Below are positions 8,971-18,047 of a DNA stretch of 64,000 bases, one piece after another. The DNA lies in assembly GCA_041500865.1 (NCBI GenBank), contig JBGQMY010000001.1:26827-90826 (forward strand), read 5' to 3'. Made by a program: the position numbers and the translations under genes. The DNA comes from Candidatus Micrarchaeia archaeon (GTDB lineage Archaea > Micrarchaeota > Micrarchaeia > Anstonellales > J096). The notes beneath the pieces are model-generated. The model was not told the origin of the DNA, did not search any database, and saw nothing but the letters and a program-made list of their open reading frames with translations. How positions within the stretch are numbered: the stretch's first letter is position 1; every line of letters begins with the position of its first letter.

Positions 8971-9821
8971 ATTACGGCGGAAAGCCCAGCGGAGGCTTTG
9001 GAAGGGACGGGGGCCGGTTCGGGGGAGGCCAGGGCGGAGGCAGCAACCTCAGGGAAAAGTTCATGCACAGGGCACGCAAGAAGTTCGAGGAGTTCAGGGC
9101 AAGGGAAGATTTATTCTTAATGGAAGTGGACAGGGCCATTGACGACCTGGACAAGATGATAAACCTCATCGGCGAAAGGCTTGAGGAATGGATGGCATTC
9201 TACATAAGCGGCATAAGGCTGGGCGAAAAGGCCAAGCTGGCAAAGCTGACAATACTCATAGCAGACAAGAAGGACATAACAAAAGAGGATCTCAACGCAT
9301 TCCTCAGCGAGAAGGAGACTGAAGCGGTCTTTGAAAAGCTGGGGCAAAGGACAAAGGAGGTCAAGGAAAAGGACCTCATTTACATGAAGAAATACGCGGA
9401 AATGCTGCTGAAGATGGTTGAGCTTAACGAGTTTTACGCGAACGAGATTGACGCACTGGCGAACAGGATTGCGCCGAACGCGACATACCTCGTGGGCGGA
9501 AAGGTCGTCGCGAAGATGATTACGCTGGCAAAGGGCCTTGACAGGCTGGCAAAGATGCCATCCAGCACCGTCCAGCTGCTTGGCGCCGAGAAGGCGCTGT
9601 TCAATTACCTGAAGATGGGAAAGAAGGGCGACCCGCCAAAGCACGGCGTCATACTTTTCTCGCCCCAGGTTTCCGGCGTAAGGAAGGAATACAGGGGCAG
9701 GATGGCAAGGACGCTTGCTGCTAAGCTTTCAATAGCGTTCAGGGTTGACGACGCAAAAGGCGAGTTCTACGGCAAGCAGCTGAAGGAAGCGATAGACAGG
9801 AGAATGAAGGAACTGATTTAG
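8928..9821 (+). CDS. nop5: C/D box sRNP protein Nop5/Nop56 with Gly/Arg-rich N-terminal extension
   Basis: Nop-domain motifs IAPNATYLVG, LAKMPSSTVQLLGAEKALF, PPKHGVI and RGRMARTLAAKLSIAFRVD. Confidence 0.92.
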   Translation: MANIHDNRGYRGGRHYGGKPSGGFGRDGGRFGGGQGGGSNLREKFMHRARKKFEEFRAREDLFLMEVDRAIDDLDKMINLIGERLEEWMAFYISGIRLGEKAKLAKLTILIADKKDITKEDLNAFLSEKETEAVFEKLGQRTKEVKEKDLIYMKKYAEMLLKMVELNEFYANEIDALANRIAPNATYLVGGKVVAKMITLAKGLDRLAKMPSSTVQLLGAEKALFNYLKMGKKGDPPKHGVILFSPQVSGVRKEYRGRMARTLAAKLSIAFRVDDAKGEFYGKQLKEAIDRRMKELI

Positions 9822-9823
9822 GG

Positions 9824-10420
9824 ATGAGATTACTGTTCGTCTCTGACTTGCACGGAAGCGTTGAAGCGCTCAATGCGATAAAAAGGGCGGATTACGGCGC
9901 GCTGGTCATAGCCGGGGACATCCAGTATGCTGACTGCGCCAGGGAAGTCGCAAAACTAAAAAACGTTTATTTTGTGCCTGGGAATATGGACACAGAACCG
10001 GTCCTTGATGCAATGAAAGGCAAAAATATACACGGCAAAACTGTCAAGATTGGAAAGATAAAGGTTGCTGGCTTTGGCTTTGCCCCTCCTGGGCCGTTCC
10101 ACACGCCAGGCGAGATAAGCGAGGAAAGCATTGCAGAAGGGCTGTCAAGGCTGGAAATTGACGACGATACGGTGCTTGTCACGCATGCCCCGCCTTACGG
10201 GATACTGGACAAATCCGATGGAGGCCGTGCAGGAAGCAAGAGCATAAGAAATTTCGTTCTCGCAAAAAAGCCGTTCATGCATGTTTTCGGCCATATACAC
10301 GAGGCAAGCGGAAGCGTGCGCAAAGGAAACACCAATTTCGTGAAACTCCCTCCCGCATACTCGCTAAAGGGTGCATATCTTGATGATGAAACAAGGCAGT
10401 ACATACTCTCTCTCATTTGA
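9824..10420 (+). CDS. Calcineurin-like metallophosphoesterase
   Basis: Motifs SDLHG, AGD, PGNMD, THAPP and GHIHE. Confidence 0.9.
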   Translation: MRLLFVSDLHGSVEALNAIKRADYGALVIAGDIQYADCAREVAKLKNVYFVPGNMDTEPVLDAMKGKNIHGKTVKIGKIKVAGFGFAPPGPFHTPGEISEESIAEGLSRLEIDDDTVLVTHAPPYGILDKSDGGRAGSKSIRNFVLAKKPFMHVFGHIHEASGSVRKGNTNFVKLPPAYSLKGAYLDDETRQYILSLI

Positions 10421-10796
10421 GAGAGCAGCCTTCACGGAACTCAGGGACATGGTAGAGCGCATCTTCCCGGATTGCCTTGTGACTGCGGAGAAGGGCGACG
10501 CCCTTTTCAGGGCCTATCTCATTTCCGGCACAATGGGGTTTGTCCACATAGGCATGAGGGACGGCGGATGGAGAATCGTTGGCATAGGCGTAAAGGAAGG
10601 CTCCAGGGGCAATGGATATGGAACGCGCATCCTGGATTTTGCGATAGACCTGATTAGGAGGATGGGCGGGCACAGGATAACGGTCTTGGTCGACAGGAAC
10701 AATGCAACAGCCATAAGGATGTACGCCAGGGCCGGCTTCAGGCTTGCCGGAAAGCACAAGAGCAGGCTCAGGATGGCGCTTGTGCTGAACAACTAG
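10371..10796 (+). CDS. GNAT-family acetyltransferase (start uncertain)
   Basis: Motifs IGVKEGSRGNGYG and NATAIRMYARAGF. Confidence 0.85.
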   Translation: MHILMMKQGSTYSLSFERAAFTELRDMVERIFPDCLVTAEKGDALFRAYLISGTMGFVHIGMRDGGWRIVGIGVKEGSRGNGYGTRILDFAIDLIRRMGGHRITVLVDRNNATAIRMYARAGFRLAGKHKSRLRMALVLNN

Positions 10797-11632
10797 CGCG
10801 CCATTTTTTTATATATTTCTTTCATCCTCAGCGAATCCTCTGACGTATACGGCGTCTCCGAGATTATGGCCCCTGAATAGCCGTTCTCAGCGCACAGCTT
10901 CAGCAACGGCCTTATAGGAGGCTCGTTGTTGGAGAACAGCGGCATGTGCGAAAGCTCCCCTGCCTTGCTGTACCTTATTTCCGAGAAATGGGAATGGAAG
11001 CTGCTTACCGCCTTTTTGCCAAGCTCATTTTCCATGGCGTCAAAAATAACGGCGTAATCCTTTTCGCCCTTTATGGCTCCGCCGTGCCTTGCATGGTAGT
11101 GCGCGAAATCAACGACAGGGACTGTGTTCGGTATTTCCTTTGCCAGCCGTATTATTTCGGGAAGGTCGCCGAAGGCGCTCTTCTTGCCGGTAAGCTCAGG
11201 CCCCAGCAGTATGTTGCTTATTTTTTTGCCTTCAAGCCATCCGTTTATGGACTCAAGCTCCTTCTTTACGATTTTGAAAACGTCCTCGCTATTCCGTGAA
11301 AGATAGAAGGCAGGATGGAAGACAACGACGCCCCCGCCTGCAAGGCTTAGCTTGCTTGCAGAATCAGTTATGAACTCAATGCTTCTCAAAACTTTGTGCT
11401 TTTCCTTTGCAGCGAGGTTTATCCAGTACGGGGCGTGGCATGAAAGCGCTATGCCGTTCTCCTTTGCCCTTCTGCCGACCTCTGTTGCCGTCGCGTCCGA
11501 CATGTTGACGCCCCTTACGAACTCCAGCTCCATGCAGTCAAGCCCGATTTGCTTCAGGAACTGGGGCGCCTCCAGGCTGCTTTTGCATCCGATTGGCACT
11601 CCAGCAGGTCCGAATTTCAGCATTTGTCGCAC
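10793..11632 (-). CDS. nfo: Endonuclease IV family AP endonuclease (TIM barrel)
   Basis: Motifs HAPYWINLA, VFHPA, ELTGK, DFAH, HSHFS and IISETP. Confidence 0.85.
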   Translation of the reverse strand: MRQMLKFGPAGVPIGCKSSLEAPQFLKQIGLDCMELEFVRGVNMSDATATEVGRRAKENGIALSCHAPYWINLAAKEKHKVLRSIEFITDSASKLSLAGGGVVVFHPAFYLSRNSEDVFKIVKKELESINGWLEGKKISNILLGPELTGKKSAFGDLPEIIRLAKEIPNTVPVVDFAHYHARHGGAIKGEKDYAVIFDAMENELGKKAVSSFHSHFSEIRYSKAGELSHMPLFSNNEPPIRPLLKLCAENGYSGAIISETPYTSEDSLRMKEIYKKMAR

Positions 11633-12163
11633 TCACCTTGAATACGTCCCTACAAGCGTGGCCTGTGCGAGCACGTGCCCCTTCATGGCTTTCTCCAAAT
11701 CCGCCTTTTCCGAATCCTCCCCGATGTCCAGCATCGTATCCAAAGCGTAAACTTTGAAGAAATACCTGTGGATGGAACCAGGCGGCGGACAGGGGCCATT
11801 GTACTGGTGCATGCCTCCGTCATTGACGCCTTCAACCGAGCCCTGCGGAACCTCCGCCTCGGGAATTGTTGAAATCGGCGTTATGTTCCATGCAATCCAA
11901 TGCACCCAAATCTTCAGCGGCGCATCAGGGTCATCCACTATTATTGCAAGGCTTTTGGCATTGTCCGGAATGCCCTTTATGTCAATGCGCGGGCTGACGT
12001 TCTCGCCTTTGCACGTGTATCTGTCCGGAATCCTTCCCCCATCCGCAAAGGACGGACTTGATATGTTCATTCCCCCCATGTTGACAACCCCCTCCTGCTG
12101 GCTGCAGCCAGCTATAAGCATAAGCGAAACAAGAATTAAAATGCAAGACGTTTGCGCTTGCAT
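11633..12163 (-). CDS. YbhB/YbcL (PEBP) family protein, probable lipoprotein
   Basis: Motifs DDPDAP, WVHW, YNGPCPP and HRYFFKVYALD, with lipobox-like LIAGC. Confidence 0.92.
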   Translation of the reverse strand: MQAQTSCILILVSLMLIAGCSQQEGVVNMGGMNISSPSFADGGRIPDRYTCKGENVSPRIDIKGIPDNAKSLAIIVDDPDAPLKIWVHWIAWNITPISTIPEAEVPQGSVEGVNDGGMHQYNGPCPPPGSIHRYFFKVYALDTMLDIGEDSEKADLEKAMKGHVLAQATLVGTYSR

Positions 12164-12207
12164 GGAAGAGTTTGGGCCAGGCAGTTTAAAAGGCTAAAGG
12201 AAAGGGG

Positions 12208-13362
12208 TTAAAGGCCGGCCTCCTTCCTCAGCAGCTCCGCCTTGTCCGTCTTCTCCCATGTGAAGTCCGGGTCCTCCCTGCCGAAGTGGCCGTAAGACGC
12301 TGTCTTCCTGTATATCGGCCTTTTCAGATTCAGCTGCGCGACTATGTCCGCTGGCTTGACAGGGAAATATTTTTCCGCAAGCGCGGCAATCTTCTCCTCA
12401 GGTATCTTCGCGGTGCCGAATGTCTCCACATATATGGAAACGGGCTTTGCGACCCCGATGGAATACGCAAGCTGGACCTCGCACTTGTCGGCAAGGCCTG
12501 CCGCAACGATGTTCTTTGCGATGTACCGCGCGGCGTATGCTGCGCTCCTGTCCACCTTGGACGGGTCTTTTCCAGAGAAGCATCCGCCCCCGTGCCTCGA
12601 GTATCCTCCATAAGTGTCCACTATGATTTTCCTTCCTGTCACGCCAGTGTCGGCCTCAGGGCCGCCGACCGAGAACACGCCTGTCTCGTTGACGAAGAAC
12701 TTGGTGTCTGCGTCCAGCCACTTGCCGCAGACCGGCTTGATTATCTGCTCTATGACCTGCGACTTTATCTCCTCCCTTTTCATGTCTGGGTGGTGATGGA
12801 CTGCGACAACGACCGCATCCACCCTCTTGGGCATGCCATCAACATATTCAACTGTCACTTGGGACTTGCCGTCCGGCCTGACCCATTTCAGTATTTCCTT
12901 TTTTCTGACCTCTGCGAGCCTCATCGTTATGCCGTGCGCGAGCATTATGGGCAATGGCATCAACTGCGGCGTCTCCTTGCACGCAAAGCCGTACATCATG
13001 CCCTGGTCCCCCGCGCCCTGTTCGTGCGACGCGGACGAATTGACGCCAACGGCGATGTTCTTGCTCTGCTCGTGTATCGAGACAAGCACCCCGCAGTCGG
13101 ACGAATCAAGCCCGAACTCCGGATTCGTGTATCCGATGTCCTTGAGCGTCTTCCTTATGACGCTCGGTATGTCAACGTAGCAGTTGGTCGTTACCTCGCC
13201 CGCGACCATGACAAGGCCTGTCGTGGTCAGGCATTCCACGGCGACCCTGGAATCGGGGTCTCCGGCCAGCATCGCGTCAAGTATCGCGTCTGAAACCTGG
13301 TCGCATATCTTGTCAGGATGCCCCTCAGTAACGGACTCTGATGTCAATTTGAAGCTCTTCAT
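12208..13362 (-). CDS. metK: S-adenosylmethionine synthetase, bacterial/eukaryotic type
   Basis: Motifs [33 protein letters not shown] and [10 protein letters not shown]. Confidence 0.97.
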   Translation of the reverse strand: MKSFKLTSESVTEGHPDKICDQVSDAILDAMLAGDPDSRVAVECLTTTGLVMVAGEVTTNCYVDIPSVIRKTLKDIGYTNPEFGLDSSDCGVLVSIHEQSKNIAVGVNSSASHEQGAGDQGMMYGFACKETPQLMPLPIMLAHGITMRLAEVRKKEILKWVRPDGKSQVTVEYVDGMPKRVDAVVVAVHHHPDMKREEIKSQVIEQIIKPVCGKWLDADTKFFVNETGVFSVGGPEADTGVTGRKIIVDTYGGYSRHGGGCFSGKDPSKVDRSAAYAARYIAKNIVAAGLADKCEVQLAYSIGVAKPVSIYVETFGTAKIPEEKIAALAEKYFPVKPADIVAQLNLKRPIYRKTASYGHFGREDPDFTWEKTDKAELLRKEAGL

Positions 13363-13426
13363 CACATAACACCTTGAAACCATTTTAGGGGATAAATTTT
13401 TAAAGTAATTTTTTCAAGTTGCAGCC

Positions 13427-13750
13427 ATGGCGGAAAAGGCGATAATGGTGGTTTCAACGTTCCCAAGAATGGCGGACGCAAGGAGGATATGCAAGGCGCT
13501 TGTCGTAAAAGGCATGGCCGCATGCGCAAACATAGTGAAAATTGAGAAGTCCATATACAGGTGGAGAGGGAAGGTCTGCGGGGGGCCTGAATGCGCGGCA
13601 TTCATAAAGGCCAGGGAAAGGGACTACTTGAAGATTGAGAAGGCGATTAAATCGATGCATCCTTACGAAGTTCCGGAGATAATATCGTTCCGGATAGAAA
13701 AGGGAAACCCCGGATACATTGCATGGGTTTTGGGCAGGAAAACGCGATAG
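13427..13750 (+). CDS. cutA: Divalent-cation tolerance protein CutA
   Basis: Motifs AACANI, SIYRWRG and HPYEVPEII. Confidence 0.93.
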   Translation: MAEKAIMVVSTFPRMADARRICKALVVKGMAACANIVKIEKSIYRWRGKVCGGPECAAFIKARERDYLKIEKAIKSMHPYEVPEIISFRIEKGNPGYIAWVLGRKTR

Positions 13751-13783
13751 GAACATATTTAAACCCTATTAGACACAGATGAT

Positions 13784-14428
13784 ATGATGAATCCCAACAT
13801 ACAAAATGCGCCAGCAAAAGAAATGCGCCATGGTCCAGCCTGTGGCATACTGACCGGGGACTGCATGCTGGACGAATCGGAGCCTGCCACAAGAACAGAG
13901 ATAGTCGTGAAAATGATGAGGCGGCTGAACAGGCTCCTGGGCCATTACTCAAAGGAGCATGAGGAAAAGCTTGCCATCGACATAATAAACCTCATAGAGA
14001 ACGGCATAAAGAAAGGGCCGCACAACGATTTGATGACAAGGGCTTTCGTGAACAAGCTGGCCAATAACGGAGACTTTCTCAAAGAGGTCTATCTCAGCGC
14101 GAAGAACGTCACCCTTGAGTTCGGGCTGCTTATGAATGAAGGGGTCATTGAAAGCGGCGCCGAAGATGTGCATGACAATGAAAAGGTTGAGGAAGAAAGA
14201 AACAGGGCAAAAAACATAGTCTGGGTATTGAGGATGGCACTAAGGAGACTGGAACGCCTTATTGGGTTGGAGCAATATGACCATCTCATAACAGAGGGCG
14301 TGCAGGAAACCGCTGTGCAGTTCATAAAAGTCATGAGCTCAGACATAGACGAATTCTGCAAGGTGCATGGCATACAAGAGGATCAGTACAGTATAGTAGC
14401 GCCGCCTAATACCGCATCCCCAGAGTAA
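13784..14428 (+). CDS. Hypothetical helical protein
   Basis: The ORF follows a TTTAAA box. No motif recognised. Confidence 0.65.
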   Translation: MMNPNIQNAPAKEMRHGPACGILTGDCMLDESEPATRTEIVVKMMRRLNRLLGHYSKEHEEKLAIDIINLIENGIKKGPHNDLMTRAFVNKLANNGDFLKEVYLSAKNVTLEFGLLMNEGVIESGAEDVHDNEKVEEERNRAKNIVWVLRMALRRLERLIGLEQYDHLITEGVQETAVQFIKVMSSDIDEFCKVHGIQEDQYSIVAPPNTASPE

Positions 14429-15495
14429 AGGGCCGCAACCTGGCCCGGCGCGACCGCCCATACGGGTTTGCCGCGCATCCTGACTTCTGCAAAGCCGTTA
14501 TTCTGGATTATTACGGCATCCTGCGGCTCCATCCTGTTCCTTACGACGACTTGGCAATCCATCTTCTCTCCGGCTTTCAGCGGCCCAACAGAGGACCAGT
14601 TGATGTTTCCGACGCGGAATGAATCCCTGAGCAGCTCATTGAAGCTCCCGACCGTGACATTTCCTGATTTTACGTCTATCGCCTTTACGAAATGCGGCTC
14701 GCTGCCTTCTATCCCAAGGCCCCTTCTCTGGCCTATCGCGAAACAGTGCACGCCCTCATGCCTTGCAAGGGGCTTGCCTGAGGAATCAATGACATTTCCG
14801 CAGAGGCATTTGCCCCCCATCCTTGCCCCGATATAGTCCCTTCTTGCCCCTTTCACAAAGCACAGGTCCTGGCTTTCTGCCTTGCCATCCATATGCAGGC
14901 CAAGCATGGAGGCGATTTCCCTTGTCTTCTTCTTGGCAATGTGGCCAAGCGGAAACAGCGATTTGGACAGCATGCCCTGGGTAAGCATGGAAAGCACGTA
15001 GGTCTGGTCCTTGTTCCTGTCAACAGGCCTCATCAGGACGTGCCTTTTGCCGTTGAAAAACGACCTGGCATAATGCCCTGTTGCGTAAAAGTCGGAAAAT
15101 TTGAGCGCATGCTGCATAAGCGCGCCGAACTTTATGGATTGGTTGCACGGGACGCAGGGGTTTGGGGTAAGCCCATTCATGTAGCTGTCAATAAAATAAT
15201 TAACGACTTTTTCCTTGAAAATGCTCTTGACATCCACTGTTTCAAGCCTGATGCCCAATTTGGATGCGACTGTTTTGGCGTCCTCAACCGCCTTGCCGTT
15301 GAATGCTTCGTCGCCTTCGGGCAACGTCAGCATATGGACGCCTGTCACGTCCGCGCCAGCCAGCTTGAGCAGCGCCGCCGTCGTTGAGCTGTCAACGCCG
15401 CCGCTCATGGCTACTGCCACCTTCTTGCCTTTCACAGACTGGAGAAGGCACAGCATGTCGGCAGGAAGGGCTAGCTCATCTATTGATTCAGCCAT
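14383..15495 (-). CDS. mnmA: tRNA 2-thiouridine(34) synthase MnmA
   Basis: Motifs AMSGGVDSS, TPNPCVPCN, ATGHYAR, KDQTY, ESQDLCF, GQRRGL and APGQ. Confidence 0.95.
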   Translation of the reverse strand: MAESIDELALPADMLCLLQSVKGKKVAVAMSGGVDSSTTAALLKLAGADVTGVHMLTLPEGDEAFNGKAVEDAKTVASKLGIRLETVDVKSIFKEKVVNYFIDSYMNGLTPNPCVPCNQSIKFGALMQHALKFSDFYATGHYARSFFNGKRHVLMRPVDRNKDQTYVLSMLTQGMLSKSLFPLGHIAKKKTREIASMLGLHMDGKAESQDLCFVKGARRDYIGARMGGKCLCGNVIDSSGKPLARHEGVHCFAIGQRRGLGIEGSEPHFVKAIDVKSGNVTVGSFNELLRDSFRVGNINWSSVGPLKAGEKMDCQVVVRNRMEPQDAVIIQNNGFAEVRMRGKPVWAVAPGQVAALYSGDAVLGGATILY

Positions 15496-15549
15496 AATAA
15501 TGCACATTTGCATCAATATGTTTTAATTCCTTGCAGAAGATAGCCAACA

Positions 15550-16203
15550 ATGAAGGCTTTTGCGGCGTTCCTGCTGCTTGCTGTTGCAGCATCCCATGCA
15601 TGGGACTGGGACACGCACCAGTGGTTCGCTGAACAGCTGTGCAACGCATACAACTGCAGCTGCATGGACCAAGTCAAGGAAGGCGCGATAGCCCCTGACC
15701 AGGTCTTCAAGGACACGTTTTATCACCATCTTTATGACCCATTGACCTGCGTACCAAGCCCGTATTACACCTGCCCAACGGAATATGACGGCGCAGCGAT
15801 ACAGAGGATGGATGCCTGGCTGGCAAACGTTTCAACGCCGTGGGACTGCGAAGACTGGTACAGGATAGGCGTTGCATCGCATTATTTCACTGATTCAAAA
15901 TGCATCTGGCACAACGTCAAGAACGAGGATTACGACAAGTGCCATAAGCCGTTCGAGGACAAGGTCGGCGAGTTCTTCAAAAAAGGGCAGACGGATTTCT
16001 CTGTCACGCAGTGCGGGGAGACCGTTTACGGGAGCAACTTCACTGGATGGGGCAACGAGTTCATCAGGATGATTGAGCCTGGCGGAACCGCAAGGTTCAA
16101 TGAAACCAGGCCGCAGGACACAGCTGGCTTGGCGGTCGCGGCGGCAGCGTTCCTGGCGGCAGCCGTCCTAATTGCCGCATTCCGCTTTTGGAGAAAAAGA
16201 TAA
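15550..16203 (+). CDS. Secreted, membrane-anchored zinc-dependent phospholipase C / P1-nuclease superfamily protein
   Basis: Signal peptide followed by mature WDWDTH; motifs APD, HHLY, SHYFTD and HKPFE; C-terminal hydrophobic helix plus RFWRKR. Confidence 0.72.
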   Translation: MKAFAAFLLLAVAASHAWDWDTHQWFAEQLCNAYNCSCMDQVKEGAIAPDQVFKDTFYHHLYDPLTCVPSPYYTCPTEYDGAAIQRMDAWLANVSTPWDCEDWYRIGVASHYFTDSKCIWHNVKNEDYDKCHKPFEDKVGEFFKKGQTDFSVTQCGETVYGSNFTGWGNEFIRMIEPGGTARFNETRPQDTAGLAVAAAAFLAAAVLIAAFRFWRKR

Positions 16204-16268
16204 AGACGCGGATTGATGCACATACACAAATGCGCCAAATTTGGGAAAAGGTTTATATATCCCGGCAA

Positions 16269-16288
16269 TATATCCAAATAAGGATATA
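16269..16288. promoter_or_regulatory. Palindromic operator candidate upstream of the ABC exporter
   Basis: TATATCC-N6-GGATATA lies between the TTTATATA box (about 16252) and the ATG at 16308. Confidence 0.5.
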
Positions 16289-16307
16289 GTGGAAAGAGGT
16301 TTGCGGA

Positions 16308-17288
16308 ATGCAGTCAATACATGTAAAGGACCTGGCAAAAAGCTTCAACGGCTTCAAGGCAGTCGACGGCATATCGTTTGACGTCAATGAAGGCGAGCTG
16401 TTCGGCCTGCTCGGCCCGAACGGCGCGGGAAAAAGCACGACCATATACATGCTTACGACAATCATAGGGCAGAGCTCCGGCTCCGCAACGGTAAACGGCT
16501 TTGACATCCGCACCCAAGCTGACGACGTGCGCAAATCCATAGGCATAGTGTTCCAGGACCCGACCGTCGACACGCGCCTAAGCGCATATGACAACCTAGA
16601 CCTGCACGGCAGGCTTTACGGCATGGACGCGAAAGCCAGGAAGGAAAGGATAAAGGAGGTCCTGGAGCTGGTTGAGCTCACGGAATGGAAGGAGAAGATG
16701 GTGAGGACGTTCTCAGGCGGCATGCGCCGCCGTTTAGAGATTGCGCGCGGCCTGCTTCACACTCCGAAAATACTGTTCCTTGACGAGCCGACGCTTGGGC
16801 TTGACCCGCAGACCCGCAGGCACATCTGGAGCTACATCGAGAAGCTGAAAAAAGAGGGCATAACAATAATATTGACGACGCATTACCTTGAGGAGGCGGA
16901 TTACCTGTGCGACAGGGTCGCGATAATAGACCACGGCAGGATAAAGATCATGGACACCCCAAAGAAGCTCAGGAACTCAATCGGCGGCAGCGTTGTGTCC
17001 ATAGGCTCAAACGATTCAAATAAGCTCTGCCAGATACTCAGGAAAAACGGCCTTTGCGACGGCGCAAAGATAGACGAGGACGAGGTCTCGTTCAGCGTGA
17101 AGGACGGCGCAACGATGGTGCCGAAAATCATGCAGCTTGCGATGGAAGGCGGCATAAGCGTGGAAAGCATAGAGGTCCACCTTCCGAGCCTGGAGGACGT
17201 GTTCCTGCATTACACAGGCTCAAGCATAAGGGAAGAAGCCGGCGGGGAAGGCGAGATGAGAATGAGGATGAGGACGCATGCGCATTGA
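16308..17288 (+). CDS. ABC exporter ATP-binding subunit (DrrA-like)
   Basis: Motifs GPNGAGKST, FSGGMRRRLE, LFLDEPT and TTHY. Confidence 0.95.
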   Translation: MQSIHVKDLAKSFNGFKAVDGISFDVNEGELFGLLGPNGAGKSTTIYMLTTIIGQSSGSATVNGFDIRTQADDVRKSIGIVFQDPTVDTRLSAYDNLDLHGRLYGMDAKARKERIKEVLELVELTEWKEKMVRTFSGGMRRRLEIARGLLHTPKILFLDEPTLGLDPQTRRHIWSYIEKLKKEGITIILTTHYLEEADYLCDRVAIIDHGRIKIMDTPKKLRNSIGGSVVSIGSNDSNKLCQILRKNGLCDGAKIDEDEVSFSVKDGATMVPKIMQLAMEGGISVESIEVHLPSLEDVFLHYTGSSIREEAGGEGEMRMRMRTHAH

Positions 17289-18030
17289 GATTTCAAAGGT
17301 TTATGCGGTATGGCTCCGCGAAGTCAAGAGGTTCACAAACTCCAAGTCAAGGATGGTCGGAAGCCTCGGCCAGCCGCTCCTGTTCCTGGTCGCATTGGGC
17401 GGAGGACTTTCGGCAATGATGCCGGGCTTCAACTACCAGGCCTACATACTTCCGGGGATACTTGCGATGAGCCTGCTTTTCACGTCCATTTTCTCAGGCG
17501 TTTCAATAATCTGGGACCGCGAGTTCGGATTTTTGAAGGAGATGCTGGTCGCTCCTGCAAGCCGCGAAACAATCGTCATAGGCAGGACGCTCGGCGGGGC
17601 AACGGCCGCGATATTGCAGGGAATCGTGATTTTGGCGCTTGGGATATTGATAACCGGTGTGCCAATCCCGTCAATCCTGCATCTTGCAGCCATGTTCGTG
17701 CTGATGGTGGCGTTCTCGTGCTTCCTTGTGGCAGTCGGCATCGCAATAGCATCCCTTGTGCAGGAGGTTGAGACGTTCCAGCTGATAATGAACCTGCTCA
17801 TCATGCCGCTGTTCTTCCTTTCAAACGCGCTTTTCCCGATGAACCAGATGCCAGGCTGGCTTAGCACAATAAGCCAGCTGAACCCGATAAGCTATGCCGT
17901 TGACGGGCTGAGGACCCTGCTGATAGGCCAGGGCAGCTTCCCGCTGATGGTTGACGTGGCTGTTGTCGGCGTTTCGCTTGCGGCATCGCTTGGCGTGGCG
18001 TCATACCTGTTCTCAAAGACGTCGATATGA
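17278..18030 (+). CDS. ABC-2 type permease
   Basis: Multiple TM segments with DREFGFLKEMLVAP and NPISYAVDGLR. Confidence 0.93.
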   Translation: MRIEISKVYAVWLREVKRFTNSKSRMVGSLGQPLLFLVALGGGLSAMMPGFNYQAYILPGILAMSLLFTSIFSGVSIIWDREFGFLKEMLVAPASRETIVIGRTLGGATAAILQGIVILALGILITGVPIPSILHLAAMFVLMVAFSCFLVAVGIAIASLVQEVETFQLIMNLLIMPLFFLSNALFPMNQMPGWLSTISQLNPISYAVDGLRTLLIGQGSFPLMVDVAVVGVSLAASLGVASYLFSKTSI

Positions 18031-18047
18031 GAGGAAACTGGCGAGCG

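Noticed and set aside
12286..13293. 335-aa plus-strand ORF
   Set aside because: Antisense shadow of metK.
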